From Azolla caroliniana (lineage: Eukaryota > Plantae > Polypodiophyta): DNA of 64,000 nucleotides. Each line of letters begins with the position of its first letter. Within the stretch, counting starts at the first letter, position 1. A program made the position numbers and the translations under genes. The notes under the pieces are model-generated. The model was not told the DNA's origin and did no database searches. It was given only the letters and a program-made list of their open reading frames with translations. Below, in pieces: positions 1 through 13,300 of the stretch. The stretch covers positions 8,556,001-8,620,000 of the forward strand of contig JBHGNT010000011.1 in NCBI GenBank assembly GCA_043228905.1, in the 5' to 3' direction.

Positions 1-2049
1 GCCCACGGAGCATACATCGGTATGCATGAGTTCAAACGGTGCGCTCCATCTCATCGGTGGTCTCGACTAGAAAGAGGTTTTGTTCTGTTTTTCGGGCAAG
101 CAATCACTGCACTTCTCAAGTTGCACGTTTTTCACCTCCAAAATGAGGTTATCTTTGGCAAGTCTCTACATCCCCTATCTGGCTCATTTGACACAACCTC
201 TTGTGCCACAACTCACCGACAATGTCGGCTGCCACATTTGCTTCCTCCCGACATATCCGAGCATGCATCAAATATAGCGTGTTGGTCTTCTTAGCATGGG
301 CCACAATCAAGCTTCCTTGGCTGAATTTCATGACGTCATTCCAGATGCTACCCGTGTAGCCTTCATCATCCAGCCGATCAACTGATATCAGGTTCAGTCG
401 AACCTCCGAAACGTGTTGGACATCTTTAAGTATCAGTCGACGTTACCAGGCACACATCTCTGATGCCAACAATTTGGCATGCACCTTCATTTCCCATCCT
501 TACAAAGCCATGGTCTCTTGCCTTGTATGATGAGAAGCATTTCTGGTCAGGGGTCAGGTGGAACGATGCTCCCGAATTGACCACCCATGCCAATTCACCG
601 CCAACAAAGTTCACTTCTTCTGCTCACTTATGAGCAACAACTCCTCCTCACTTGTCGTTATTGCCAACGTTCCCTTTCGGTTCAAACTCTTCTTCGAGTC
701 GGCATTGTTAGCTCCCCCAATCATTTCAACCAACTAAACCTAGTTGTTAAAGCGAGACTGGCAAGTGGTTGGGGGCATGAATTCTTTGTTCCGCATAAAG
801 AAATTCAAAGGACGGATCAAATGCTAGGAAACAAATCCTGATTTTGCTTGCTTGCTTGTGGGGAAATCACAAAGAAGTTCCGAGACGCGGGCGGCAAAAA
901 CCCAGAGACCTTGCAAGCAACATTGCTCGCCCGTAGCAATGCTTGCCTTAGCCATTATCACCCACCAAATTACACTTTTCAAAGCTCGCTCTAGCCATTT
1001 CTCTACTGCTTTCCGGCATTGCCGAAAATGATTGAAATGAAAGGGTTTCAATTCTTCTAGAAGTGCCCCGACTTCCCATAGTAGAAGCACGTTGGCCTCC
1101 CCCTTGACTTCGACCTTGTCCCCGACTTCTCTCGGTTCAGGGGACTCCTGTTTTGACCTCTTCTTCTATGCATATCTCTTTCCATGACTATTGCACTTGG
1201 GTCGAAAATTGCCTCCTTGTCCTTTCGACGAGCCTCCTCATCCACAAGCTCGATTTTACTCTTGCCAGGGATATGTGCTTCCCTTCTGGTCTAGCATTGC
1301 TCAGTGTGACTACCAGTGTCTCTCAACTATCCAAAAGGGACCCGAGCAATAACAATGCCAATACCTCATCGGCTAGTGGTACTTTGAGTGAGGTGGTCTG
1401 GTTTATTAGTCCCTGCATTCATATGCTCTGCCATGTTGGCACCGTCTTGGTACATTCTTGTTCTCCAACATAATGTCGATCTTCTCCCAGAGTTCATGAG
1501 CCTTGTTCTCCTCATTAAAGTTATTGTATAGGCTCATGTCGATGAAGCATCTTATGTATGTCGTTGTCTTCATATGCATTACTTCCCAAGTCGTTCATCA
1601 ATCTTGTCCGGTCTTTTATCTCCAAACTATACCCACAACCGGTGATCCTTGACCACCAACATGTCCCTCATCTTCAAATTCCACATTGAGTAGTTGGAGC
1701 CAGTGAGCTTCAACATACATGCCTTTGATGCCTCCGAATGAATCTTCCATTTCACTTTGTTTTTGTTTGAAGTTTAGAACTTCGCTTTGATACCAGATTG
1801 AGAGGAATCGTTCTCAGCCACAACCGAGTTCCAAACGCACAATCGAAGAAACAGAATCGAATATAGAGATTGATGCACTTACACACAATAAGTTTTGCCC
1901 TAGTTATTCATACTCATATAATGTTTGGGCTATTTACAAGTATAGCCTCAACAGGCACATCTAAACATATTTACTAATATGTTCCTACTATTGGTTCACA
2001 CCGGATCCTGCTCGTCTGGTTCCAATCCGGAGGGATCAATTTCCCAACA
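1..2049 (-). mobile_element. Degenerate Ty1/copia LTR retrotransposon (5' LTR, PBS, gag/protease/integrase fragments), running off the left edge
   Basis: Broken minus-strand ORFs give RGRPTCFYYGKSGHF (zinc knuckle), WVVNSGASFHLTP (protease) and GELWHKRLC (GAG-pre-integrase), all colinear with the intact element at 31023. PBS TGGTATCAAAGCG at ~1783-1796; LTR ~1799-2049 starting TGTTGGGA on the minus strand. Confidence 0.9.
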
Positions 2050-4388
2050 ATATGTATATTCAGTGAAGGGTGAAGGGTGTGGGTCCACCATGCAATGCAC
2101 TTTCCCACATGCATGCCATGTGCAGCCGGTCGGATACCCAAAGGAAGGTCGGAGTCGAGTTGGTCAAGTGTGAAAAGACAAGTCGAATAGTGTATTTTTA
2201 TTAAATAGAAAAGAGAGTAATTAGAAATAGAAGAATTAGTTAACTATAGGATCTTGCCAAACATGCAAGTGTACATTCTTGGAAAAGACTCTCAGATCAC
2301 TTATAAAATAGGATCCAGAGCATTGTATTTGTATCATTCTATTTTGGTTAATATAAGTTTTTGGTCGCTAGTGTATCTGTCGTGTCGACTAATCTGTGTA
2401 TTCGTTTATGTTCGGATCTATTCTCTGTTATACGTATATTATATCTAATAGTTGATCAAGTTCCTATTCCTATTTATAGTAGTTAAATCTACATTACGAT
2501 TATGAGTAAGCGCATTCCACAGTTGACAAACACCATTTCTCCAACCACAATCATCTTGATAGAACGGTTCAATGATAGAACATTCGACCTATTGTGTCTG
2601 TCAATAGAGAGTCAACAGAGTGTTAACAAGAATCTAGACTCTAATACTAGATTCAGAAACATGCATCCATATTCTGAAACATTTGCTCTCATAAACATGT
2701 AGGGATATTAATATATCATGCAAGTTTTCAAAATGCAACAAGAAGGAATATTCAGAAATCATCCATTGCATACAAACCATTATCAAGAACATATTAAAAA
2801 ATCATCCCAAGCAAACATCCAACAAGAATCTAAACCCTAATACCTTTTCAAGAACATTTTAAAATTTTAAGCATCCATTTCCAAACACTCAAAAACTTTC
2901 ACAAAACCATTTTCAAGGAGCAAAAAAAGAGTAGAATCCAATAAAATACATACATCCCAACTCAGTAGGTGGTGATGCACAAATGTAGGTGTAGGTTGTT
3001 GGCAGCTCCAAGCGATGATGGCTTCTTCCTTCCCATAACCCTGGCTGCCATTTCAAAAATGTGAGGAAAATGACATACATTAGGGTTTTAGTTGACGACA
3101 ATTATAAGTCAGGCTCTCCCAATTCTTGGGATCCCTCAACTAGTCGGGATCCCTTTATGAGTCAAGCTCTTGCCTTTGAGTCGGACAACTACAAAGTGTG
3201 AAGTCGATCAATTGAGATTTGAATGGTCAGGCTACTCGGGCTTCTAATAGTAAGATTTTCGATGGCACACTTTTTTTGGATAAAGATCTGACGGTGTAGA
3301 TCACACATGCCCTTGGAAACGTGCTTTGCATTGTTTGTGGCCGCAATCCCCTCACCATGTCTCGTTATGATTTGGGTGCAAATAGACGCGTCATTATGCC
3401 TGTCACATTCAATTTAACATAGAAGATGTGTAACCTATGGAAGAATTTATGGATGATCACATAGTTCATGCGTCATGCTTACTAAATGAGTTTGTTTGTA
3501 TGACTTGTAGCAAAGGGCTTGGCTTCAAAGCTTATATAATTGTTTTGTGGAATTTGATATTGCTTAGTATATTGCATACTTGTGTTTAGTATGTATTTGA
3601 GAGCTATCATGGATGTTAATGTACATGTACTTTCTCTGACATATATTTGAGAATTGAATTATATTTTGTCATTCACAACTTCTACACATCACTTGTCCAC
3701 TTATGGAACACCAAGGTTTTCACTATTATATTGCAACCCTAAACATCCTATTTGAATAGCTTCCCTTCATGAGAAGTTTTAGTTCTTGAAGAAACCCTTA
3801 AAGCCAAACAACTTCATATCCGCTGAAAGAATGCCACCCTCGTACTCGAAAGGGGTCATTAACGAGGGCATATTTGATGTTCATTGTATGTAAGGCCACC
3901 AATGACAAGAAGATGCACATTAATTGTCTGATTACACGCTCCCATTCCTCAAAACATGATGTGAGCGGAGCCACCTCGATGTGATCTGTAAGCTGCTGCG
4001 GTGGCCAACGGAGTGGGTTAGTTAGTGACTCCACACTCGTATTTATTGTACACATATGTAGGAGGAGGTGGTGAAGGAGAGAGAGTGGCTTTGGCTTTGG
4101 TTAAGTTAATTCAGTTAGTAGAAGTGGTGTGCGTGCTTAAGAAGAAAAATAAGGTCAACTGTATATGTATGTATACACACATATTTTAAAACTTAACTTG
4201 CACTATGTATGTATGTATGTATATATATATATATACATAATAACATTGTTAAAGAAGAGCTGATTCGTTTGTTTTTGTTTTGTTTCTGAGGTCGGCCCCC
4301 TGATCAGATTAGGTTTAGGGCTTTGGAGAGAACAAACAGTGCAGACACAATCATAGCTGGCTAGGTTTCCGCTGACCTCTCGTTTGTC

Positions 4389-7300
4389 ATGGGGGACTAC
4401 GAGGGAGATAATGGGACCTACGAATCCCCTCCCAACAGAAAAGACCAGTCTAATAGAAGCAGACATCGCGAGGTAAGAGCTTTGCCCATCCACCCTCGCT
4501 CTGGTTCCGTGGATGTTTTGTTTCCTGCGTCTATGTTCTGGCATTATGGTTTTGCGTTTCTGAACTCGAGTAATGGAGTCATCTTCCAGTCGGAAATTTT
4601 ATGCTACAAAGTCGAATTAATCTTTCTTGAGGATAGAAGACTGTTTTAATTGCATTTTCTGAATCTCAAACATTTTTAATTGGCCACTTTTATATCAGAA
4701 GGATTCTGATGATAAGAAATGGTGTGAACCTTGAACTAAGCGTAGCTGCCCATCCAAATATATGACACTGGCTATTTTTGACAATGTTACTATATCGACA
4801 GAAAATGTACTGGGAGGAAAGACATCTGGCTAAGGGTGAAACAACTCGAGTGAAATGAAAGGGTGGGTGGATTAGGTGGAAGATAAAATATAATAGACCA
4901 TTCTTGACATCATAAGATGTATGGATGTTTATCCACCATAGGCAGAGATGATTGTAATCCAATTGATCCGTGAATAATGAATTCAAGTTGTATAAGGGCA
5001 ATGTATCCTAAAAACAGGATAGAGTGCGCTTGATAATTCTGCCAATTCTGAAGGTGCATTTCCCAATTTTGGGGACTTTCTTTTCGTAAAATAGAAATAA
5101 AGTCACGTTGCCTGTCTACAATCACAGGAACACAGAACTTACAGATGCAACCACAGAAATGTTGTGCAATTTCTTGTGTAACTACATGTCTTTTGCAAGT
5201 CAGGTCTCCAAGCTTCTTTCTTCAATGTATTTTTTGAGGCATTGACATGCACAATGAAACAAAATAATAAAATCTATGTGTCAAACTTCAATTTTAATAT
5301 TGATTGGTGAGTTGAATAATTTATATTATTTCAGACATTGATCTCACATAAGCTTGATTGTATCCAAAATAACAACGAATCACCATTGATACCATGGAAT
5401 TTATTTACGTAAAAGATACTAAAGACTAATAAATTATTGATTCCCTTAGACATTTGGCAAGAGAAAATATTGTATTTTTTGGAAAAAAGAGAACTGCTTT
5501 TCAAGCATCTGATATCCTGACTTTATGCTGAACTTTTTCTGTCTGACAGCACATCTTGTTTTTCTAGAACACTTAACAAACACGAATCACATTGGACGAT
5601 TAAGCTTTTGTTATATTTTCACTTGGTTTGACACTTTACTAGTCATGGTACTCTCTCCATATCACAATGGAGAACCCTTTGAACAAATTAGAATTGTTGA
5701 CTAGTGATAGGCGTTGAAAGAATCGTACAAGTAGATTGATATAGACTTTGGCTTTGGTAACTGGTGCAAAGTTTTTTTCATATGCCTGAAAAACTTTTTG
5801 TTTTTACAATTTTTAACATTATCTAGAAACTGAATAACTAACAACTATCCTAGTTAGAGATACAATGTGATAAATAAAAGCACTAATCACATTTTATGGA
5901 TCCGTCCATCTTGTCCCATGACATGCTGGATGGGCAAGGAGTTCCCTCAAAGATAGAGGGAAGAAAGCCGAATCTACTTTCTTTTTAAAAAATATCTAAT
6001 TCGATGTAAAGAAGCTAGTGATTTACACAATGTTCTAAGTGATGATAGTCACCATTTTTTATGTGATGTCTCTTTTGGTTCAGAGGGATGCACATGAATC
6101 TAAGGCAAGAAATCAGACAAAGGATCACGATCGTGATTCAAAACGTCGAGATGGAAATGATAGGATTCAGAGTGAAAGGAGTGCTAGAGATAGTGAACAG
6201 AGATCTCATAGAGACAATGAACACAAATCTCATAGGGATAATGATCATAAATCACATAGAGGCCGAGATCGTGAACGAGGGCATGACCGTGACAGGTATA
6301 TTCTGTCTACATAATTTGTAGCAAAGTGTAGTGTTTTTATCCATGGCACTCTTAACACCAGTGTGTCACACTAAAACTCTTATTTTAGTTCCCTACTTTA
6401 ATTGTCTATAGTGGGATATTTATATAACTAAATTGGTGCAGACATGGCTATGATCGTGATCAAGATCGGGAGCATAGGCACAAGCATAAGTCACGATCTC
6501 CACCAAGAGACACATCAAAACAACACTCCAGATCTCGTTCACGTTCTCGGGAACGAAGGTAATTTGCATATTTTTTTCAAAACATATTTTGTTGCTATTA
6601 GTCATTAAGTATATATTTTTAATTCAGACATATAGTTATATGATATGCGAAAGTTGTAATCCTAAGGGAAATTTCTCTATGAAATGGAATGAGGGCAATT
6701 GAGATAACTTAACTGCAAGTCAATATGAGGAAGAAAGGGAGCTTATTATAGGTTAATATCTCATAAGAGGGAGCATGTTGGAAGCCAACACAACCAAACT
6801 GTGATATTCCTAGTGATGAAGAGCATGATAAGCACTCCATTCTGAAAGAAAGAAAGATATATTAACGTCTTTTAAGAGGCCAAAATGGCCTATAAGACCA
6901 AACAAGAGATTACATCTTTGGCGTTGTATAGAGAAAGAAAGAAAGATATATTAATGTCTTTTAAGAGGCCAAAATGGCCTATAAGACCAAACAAGAGATT
7001 ACGTCTTTGGTGTTGTATAGAGAAAGAAAGAAAGATATATTAATGTCTTTTAAGAGGCTAAAATGGCCTATAAGACCAAACAAGAGATTACATCTTAAGT
7101 GTTGTCTCGTCTTTGAGAACAAATCAATATAAGTCCAAACAAGAGATTACATCTTCGGTGTTGTACAGAGAGAAAGAAAGATATATTAATGTCTTTTAAG
7201 AGGCCAAAATGGCCTATAAGACCAAACAAGAGATTACATCTTAGGTGTTGTCTCGTCTTTGAGAACAAGTCAAAATAAAATAAATATTACACAGTAAATA

Positions 7301-10300
7301 TAAAAGTAAATAAGATGAAAAGAAAAGAAACAAGGGAATCTGGTTTTTGGCACATGTGAGATTCTCAAGTTAGGTATATTGTAGCTTTTGTCTTCGAAAG
7401 ATCTCTAGCATAGGTCGATCCAGAATGGAAATGTCTCCGAAGCAAGGGAAGCACCTACGATGGCGGGAGATAATGGCTTTTATTTGTTGATGACAAGGGT
7501 TTCGAGGTCGTGGTCCATGGGGCCGGGGCCTACGTGCACGGCAAATTGCCATTGCCCGATCAATTATAACCCTTTGTTATGTCCTGGTCTGAAGCCCATT
7601 TATGTATCCCGTGATTGACTTGTAGCATTAGTAGGAGTGATGGGGCTAAAGAGAGAAATAGAGATGTTTGAGTAGGAGCTATAGATAAGATGTTTGAGTA
7701 GGAATTAGAGATAACAAAGTAGAACATCATAACTGCATGTAGCAAGCCAACACAACCAAACTGTGAAATCCCTAGTGATGGAGAGAATGATGACGAAGCA
7801 CTTTGTACAGAGATTTTGAGTAGGAATAAGCGATAAGAAAGTAAAAATATCATAATTGTTAACTTGAAGTTTAAATTGTGTAAAAAAGAATACTATGAGG
7901 ATTATTATAGAGAGAGATACCTTATCACATGTTGTCTCACACTTATTATTTATGGTTTTAGGTCGAGCTTTGTGGGAATCTAATGCTGACTCTGATGCTA
8001 GTCATACCATCCTTAATTTTTTGTTCGCTACAGTCTAGCAAACCCCTTGTCCTAATTTTATGGTTTTCATAGAAAATTTAAGGTTTCTGGCCATTATAAA
8101 AACAGGGATGAAAGTTCTACATCATTTTCAACAATAGGGTATTTTTTAAGGGAGAGTCCATGATTTGCTGGAACAGGTAGACGCCAGGCTTGTTTATGTT
8201 AGTTTCTGTTTTGATAGATCATCGAAGCGGCAAAGTGGATTTGACATGGCTCCACCAGCTGCTGCTGTTGTTAATGCTGCATTGCCAGGTTTGTCAACTG
8301 TTTATTGTCATTTTGTAACTGATTCTGTGTATTATTCAGCTGATTTGCTTAATTGAATAAGAGTAAGAGGGCTGAAGACAGTGATGTTGTTTGGAGTGCA
8401 TGGATAGGTCTACCATCAACAGTTCCAGGAATGTTGCCAGGAATGTTTCCATTTGCTGCAGCTCAGGCTAGTATTCAACACCACATTAAAATACACTTCT
8501 TTATTGTTTGTTAGCTTGGAATTCAATTGTTAGTAAAGGACATTGCAAAATTTTGCATGTTATAGCAGCAGTTCTTGCCAGTTCATTTATTACTATGATC
8601 TATTGCATTGCTTTAATCAATAACTGAGCATTCTAAATTTAAAAAATTGCAATGGTAAGCATAGGTGGCTTCCCTTTTGTAAGCCCTTCATTTTGGTGCT
8701 TTTAAGTTTGAACCTAAATTATCTGAAAATGGATGTTAATTTCTGCAGTTCAGTGGACTACCAACTGTTTCTATGCAATCAATGACCCAACAGGTCTGAT
8801 TTCTCATATGTTAACTTTTTTCAGCAATATGTGTAGAGAACTGAAGATAGAATGACAGTTTGCTGAAATGTCTAAAGGCAGAGATACAGAAACTAAAAAC
8901 AATTATGGGGTTTAATACATAGAAGAGATTAAAGAAAGCAGAAGCAGTTCCGCAAAACAAAAGCCCACTAAAAAATGTACAAGGTAGGCGTGCACACACA
9001 CATGCTATTCAAGATACATAGAATATACTCTTAGGAGAAGACCTTTAAATGCTGATGGGGCCTCATAAATACCTATTTAATGCTGAGTGGGAATCTTGTC
9101 CAAGGATCCCATTCAATGTACAAAATATTCTTATAGGAGTTGTACAGTTCTGAAAATAAGACTGTAAAACTCTAATAAAAAATCAGAAAATACTAAATTA
9201 TATAAAAACCTTTGTATAGTTTAATAGGAGCAACTAAGGGCTGTTAATCCCAACAAACTCCCATTTAAAGGAGCTGGGTTACTCTACTAGGTAACTCCCA
9301 CTCTCTCAAGGTAGTGTTGATAAACACTTTGGTAAACGATCTTCCAGATTCTTGGCTGTATCATTACACCATCCTCTATCACCTCTCTAATGAAGTGATA
9401 GAGAATATCGATATATTTAGTTCTTGCATGGGAAACAGGGTTCTTTGTGAAACATATGGCACTTTGGCTATCACAATGTAGGACTGGAACTTGCTTTGGG
9501 AGGCCATGCTCAGTGCACAAGAGAACTAACCAAATGGCCTCTTTAGAAACCTCTATAGCTAAGATATTCTCAGCTTCTGTAGTAGAGAGTGCAATAATCT
9601 GTTGCAGCAGTGAACACAAAATAGATTTTCTTGTGTCTACATCTCTAGCCATATTAGAATCACGATAACCATGAAGATTCAAGTCACCTTTGCCATAACA
9701 AATGCATGTTTCCTTAGTGCCTTTGAGATATCTAAGGATAGACTTGAGGGCAGCCCAATTGTTGTCCAGGTTGAACTCCTACTACTCCTACTGCATATGA
9801 AATATCAGGTCTTGTTGATACCATGCATACATTAATGACACACAAGCTGAAGCATATGGGATAGCTTGCATTGTATCTGTTTCCCCTTGGTCTTTGGGAC
9901 AATGTGCTTTTGGAAGCTTTACTTGTGGTTGAAGAGGCACTGAAGGTGGCTTTGCATTAGTCATCTGAAATCTTTCCAATACCTTCTCAATGTACTTTTC
10001 TTGGAACACAAATAGTAACTTCTTGTCTGTCTCGTCTGATTCTTTTTCCAAGAATGTGCTCAGCTTTTCCGAGATCTTTCATGGGAAATGCAGATTTGAA
10101 TTTGTATTTTACTTCTTGCAAAGTTGTTTCATGCTTTCCTGCAATGAGCATGTCATCAACATACAAAACCAAAATAATAGGACTTCAATTAGTTTCCTTT
10201 TTCATATAGAGACAAGGATCTGCTTTACCCCAAGTGAAACCATTTGAGAGCATGAAAGAGTCAAATTTCTTACACCATAGGTGCGGATCTTGTTTCTTCC

Positions 10301-13300
10301 CATAGAGGCTGTATTGAAGTTTACAAACTAGATGCACATTTCCTGGCTGCAACATATAAAGCTCTTCATTTAGACTTACACGAAGGAAAGTCGTCTTTAC
10401 ATCCATATGATATAACCAACAGCAAATCCCAAAAGGCTGAAATAGTGAAAAGTGTCCTAAGTGTAGTCATTTTCAGAGTCGGCAGACCTGCTGAAGTCAA
10501 TTGATGAATAAGAATTGGAATTATTCGACCTAGAGAGGCCGATTGACGAGCAGAATCCTGCAGGTCCGCCTCCTGTTATGTTTGGAGAACTAGAAGACTC
10601 CCCACTTGCTTTTTGATGAATTTCTTCATCAAGGATTGCTCCTCTAACTCCATCAAATGTAAGGCTTGCACTATCTGAGAATGAGATTAGAAGAACCTCC
10701 CATGTTTTAGGCAATGTCATGAGTAAGAACGTAGCCTTTATTCTGTCATCAGAGATTTGCAATCTCACATCTTGAAGTTGATTGAATAGACCATTGAATT
10801 TTTAAATGTGTTCAACTGCAAACTTGGCATCATCAGGTCGTGCAACCATGAGCCTTCTCATGAAACGAACTTGATTCACTGCAGTTGTTACTCATACATA
10901 GTCTTCAATTTGTGCCGTACGTCATGACCACTAGGCAGCCCCTTGATATTTCCTAAAACTCCATCTGATACTGCCCTGTAAATGTGGGCAACTGCCTTAG
11001 GTTTGAGCAGTAAAGTTGCATCATCCATACCAGCTGATTTGTTTTCCTCCAATGCTTCTGCACATCCTTGTAAGTAAAGTGTGCTTTCCATTCTAACCTT
11101 CCATAGATTGAATCCAATGCCATGAAATGTCCTGAATTCTACCCCAACATTGGATGATGTATTTACTATGGTAAAAGGATGAATATGGAACAGACATGAA
11201 AAATAAACTCACTTATTCAAAGTGGAAGACTACGCAATGGAGCTCCTTAAAGTTTGCCACCTCACTCTGATACCAGTTGTACAGAAGTGACGATAGAATG
11301 ACAGTTCTCTGCAATATCTAAAGACAAAGGTGTAGAAACAAAAAACAATTATGGGGTTTAACATATAGGAGAGATTAATAAAGCAGAAACAGTTTTGCAA
11401 AACAAAAGCCCACTACTTGAAAAATGTACAAGGTAGGAGTGCGCACACACCCATATATGCTATCCAAGATACATAGAATATGCTCTTAGGAGAAGAGCTT
11501 TAAATGCTGATTGGATAGCTAAGTCATGGCCTCATAAATACCTATTTAATGCTGAGTGGGAATCTTGTTTAAGAATCCCATTCAGTGTTCAAAATATTCT
11601 TGCAGGAGTTGTAGTACAGTTCTGAAAACGAGACTGTACAACTTTAACAAAAGATCAGAAAATATTAAACTATATAAAAAGTTTGCCTAGTTTAATAGGA
11701 ACAACCTAAGGGCCGTTAATCCCAACAATATTTCAGCTATTTGACAAATGTTTTTTTAATGGAAACAAGGCAACAAGGCATGCAAGGAGAGTGTATGTTG
11801 GGGGTCTACCCCCATTGGCCAATGAACAGGTATTTTTTCCATGAGTTTCGAGGCAATGAAGGCACTGTTATAATGTGTTTCGTGCTATATAACTTACATA
11901 GCCATGGATAATCTATCATGTAAGCTTAATTATATATATTGATAAGTTGGAGAAAACATATCTTTAAAAGATGAAAAAAATTCAATCAACTGTCTATGCT
12001 TTGTGGAGTATGCAGAAATGTTTGTTTTAGGAACTAAGTTTGTTTCCTGGCCTAGACCATTGCAACTTTCTTTAGTCAAGTCATGGCAGTGATAGGTGGC
12101 AACTCAGCTGGTCCAGGTAAATGATTGTAGAAACTGCAAAGATTGACTTCACTTTAACTCAAAAGTGGATTGTACATATTACTCATTTGTAAGTTTGTAT
12201 AAATTCTCTAGGTGATGCTGTGGTGAATGTTTATATTAATCATGAAAAGAAATTTGCATTTGTGGAGATGCGAACTGTTGAAGAAGCAAGCAATGCAATG
12301 GCGCTTGATGGCATCATATTTGAGGTACATGTTACTTTGTGTAAATTATCCAGCGTTATAGGCATTGGATATAATATTTTCAGCTATTGTTTCTATATAG
12401 GGTGTCTCAGTCAGAGTAAGGCGTCCAACAGATTATAACCCCTCAGTAGCTGCTACCCTTGGCCCAAGTCAACCCAGTCCACATCTCAATCTAGCTGCTG
12501 TTGGGCTAACATCTGGGTAGCAATTGCTTTAAAGGACCTTGAAAGTTTTTTGGACGAATATAATTGAAATAATTCTCTTAGTGTTCAAGTTTGATTTGCT
12601 AGGGCTATTGGTGGTGCTGATGGACCAGATAGAGTTTTTGTTGGAGGACTGCCATACTATCTTACGGAAGTACAAATCAGAGAACTATTGGAGTCATTTG
12701 GGTAGGACTCTTATGCTAATTAATGTTATACCATAAAGTATAAACTGATTAAAAGGTATTTTGTTCATATATTTTTTGCTGAAAAGCAAGGAAAGCAGAG
12801 AAAAATGGCTATCTACTCAAAAGTCTGTTAAGTGGTTTAGTCTATCATGACAATTGACTAATTGGTTTATAGTGAAGGGTAGTTTCAGCCTCAGAAGATA
12901 AATGAAGGTCAGGGACTCTTTAATAAGGATGTTGGATTAGATTCTGTTAGGGTTACATGGAATCTCCTTGGCTATGGAAAAAGTTCTCCAAAACAGTCTC
13001 ACGGGTCTTGCTAATTGCAAACCAATAAATAACCAAAAACAAGAATATAAGACATTTGAAAATTACAAACTAATTCAGAGAAAAATTTCAGGCAGAACCC
13101 AAATCAACATTTTAAACCATATTTCATTGAACCTCTACAAAACAGAACTTCCTTTTATTAAATTTGTGTTCTCCAGCTGTGAAGTTTTGAGGCTGCAGTG
13201 TATCTACTCATTCAGCACCCAGCAGTCGAATCAATCATCGTTAGGAAATTACAAGAGATGAGCTCATCTTTAGTTGGCACCAGTAATGATCGCTATGTTG

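Noticed and set aside
2053-2493. Possible solo LTR (TGTA...TACA with a TATA-like motif)
   Set aside because: There is no matching TSD and no second copy in the window, so it cannot be supported.
6843-7290. Regularly spaced repeats resembling a CRISPR array
   Set aside because: The units are contiguous with no unique spacers, sit in a eukaryotic intron, have no cas genes nearby and match the LINE tail.
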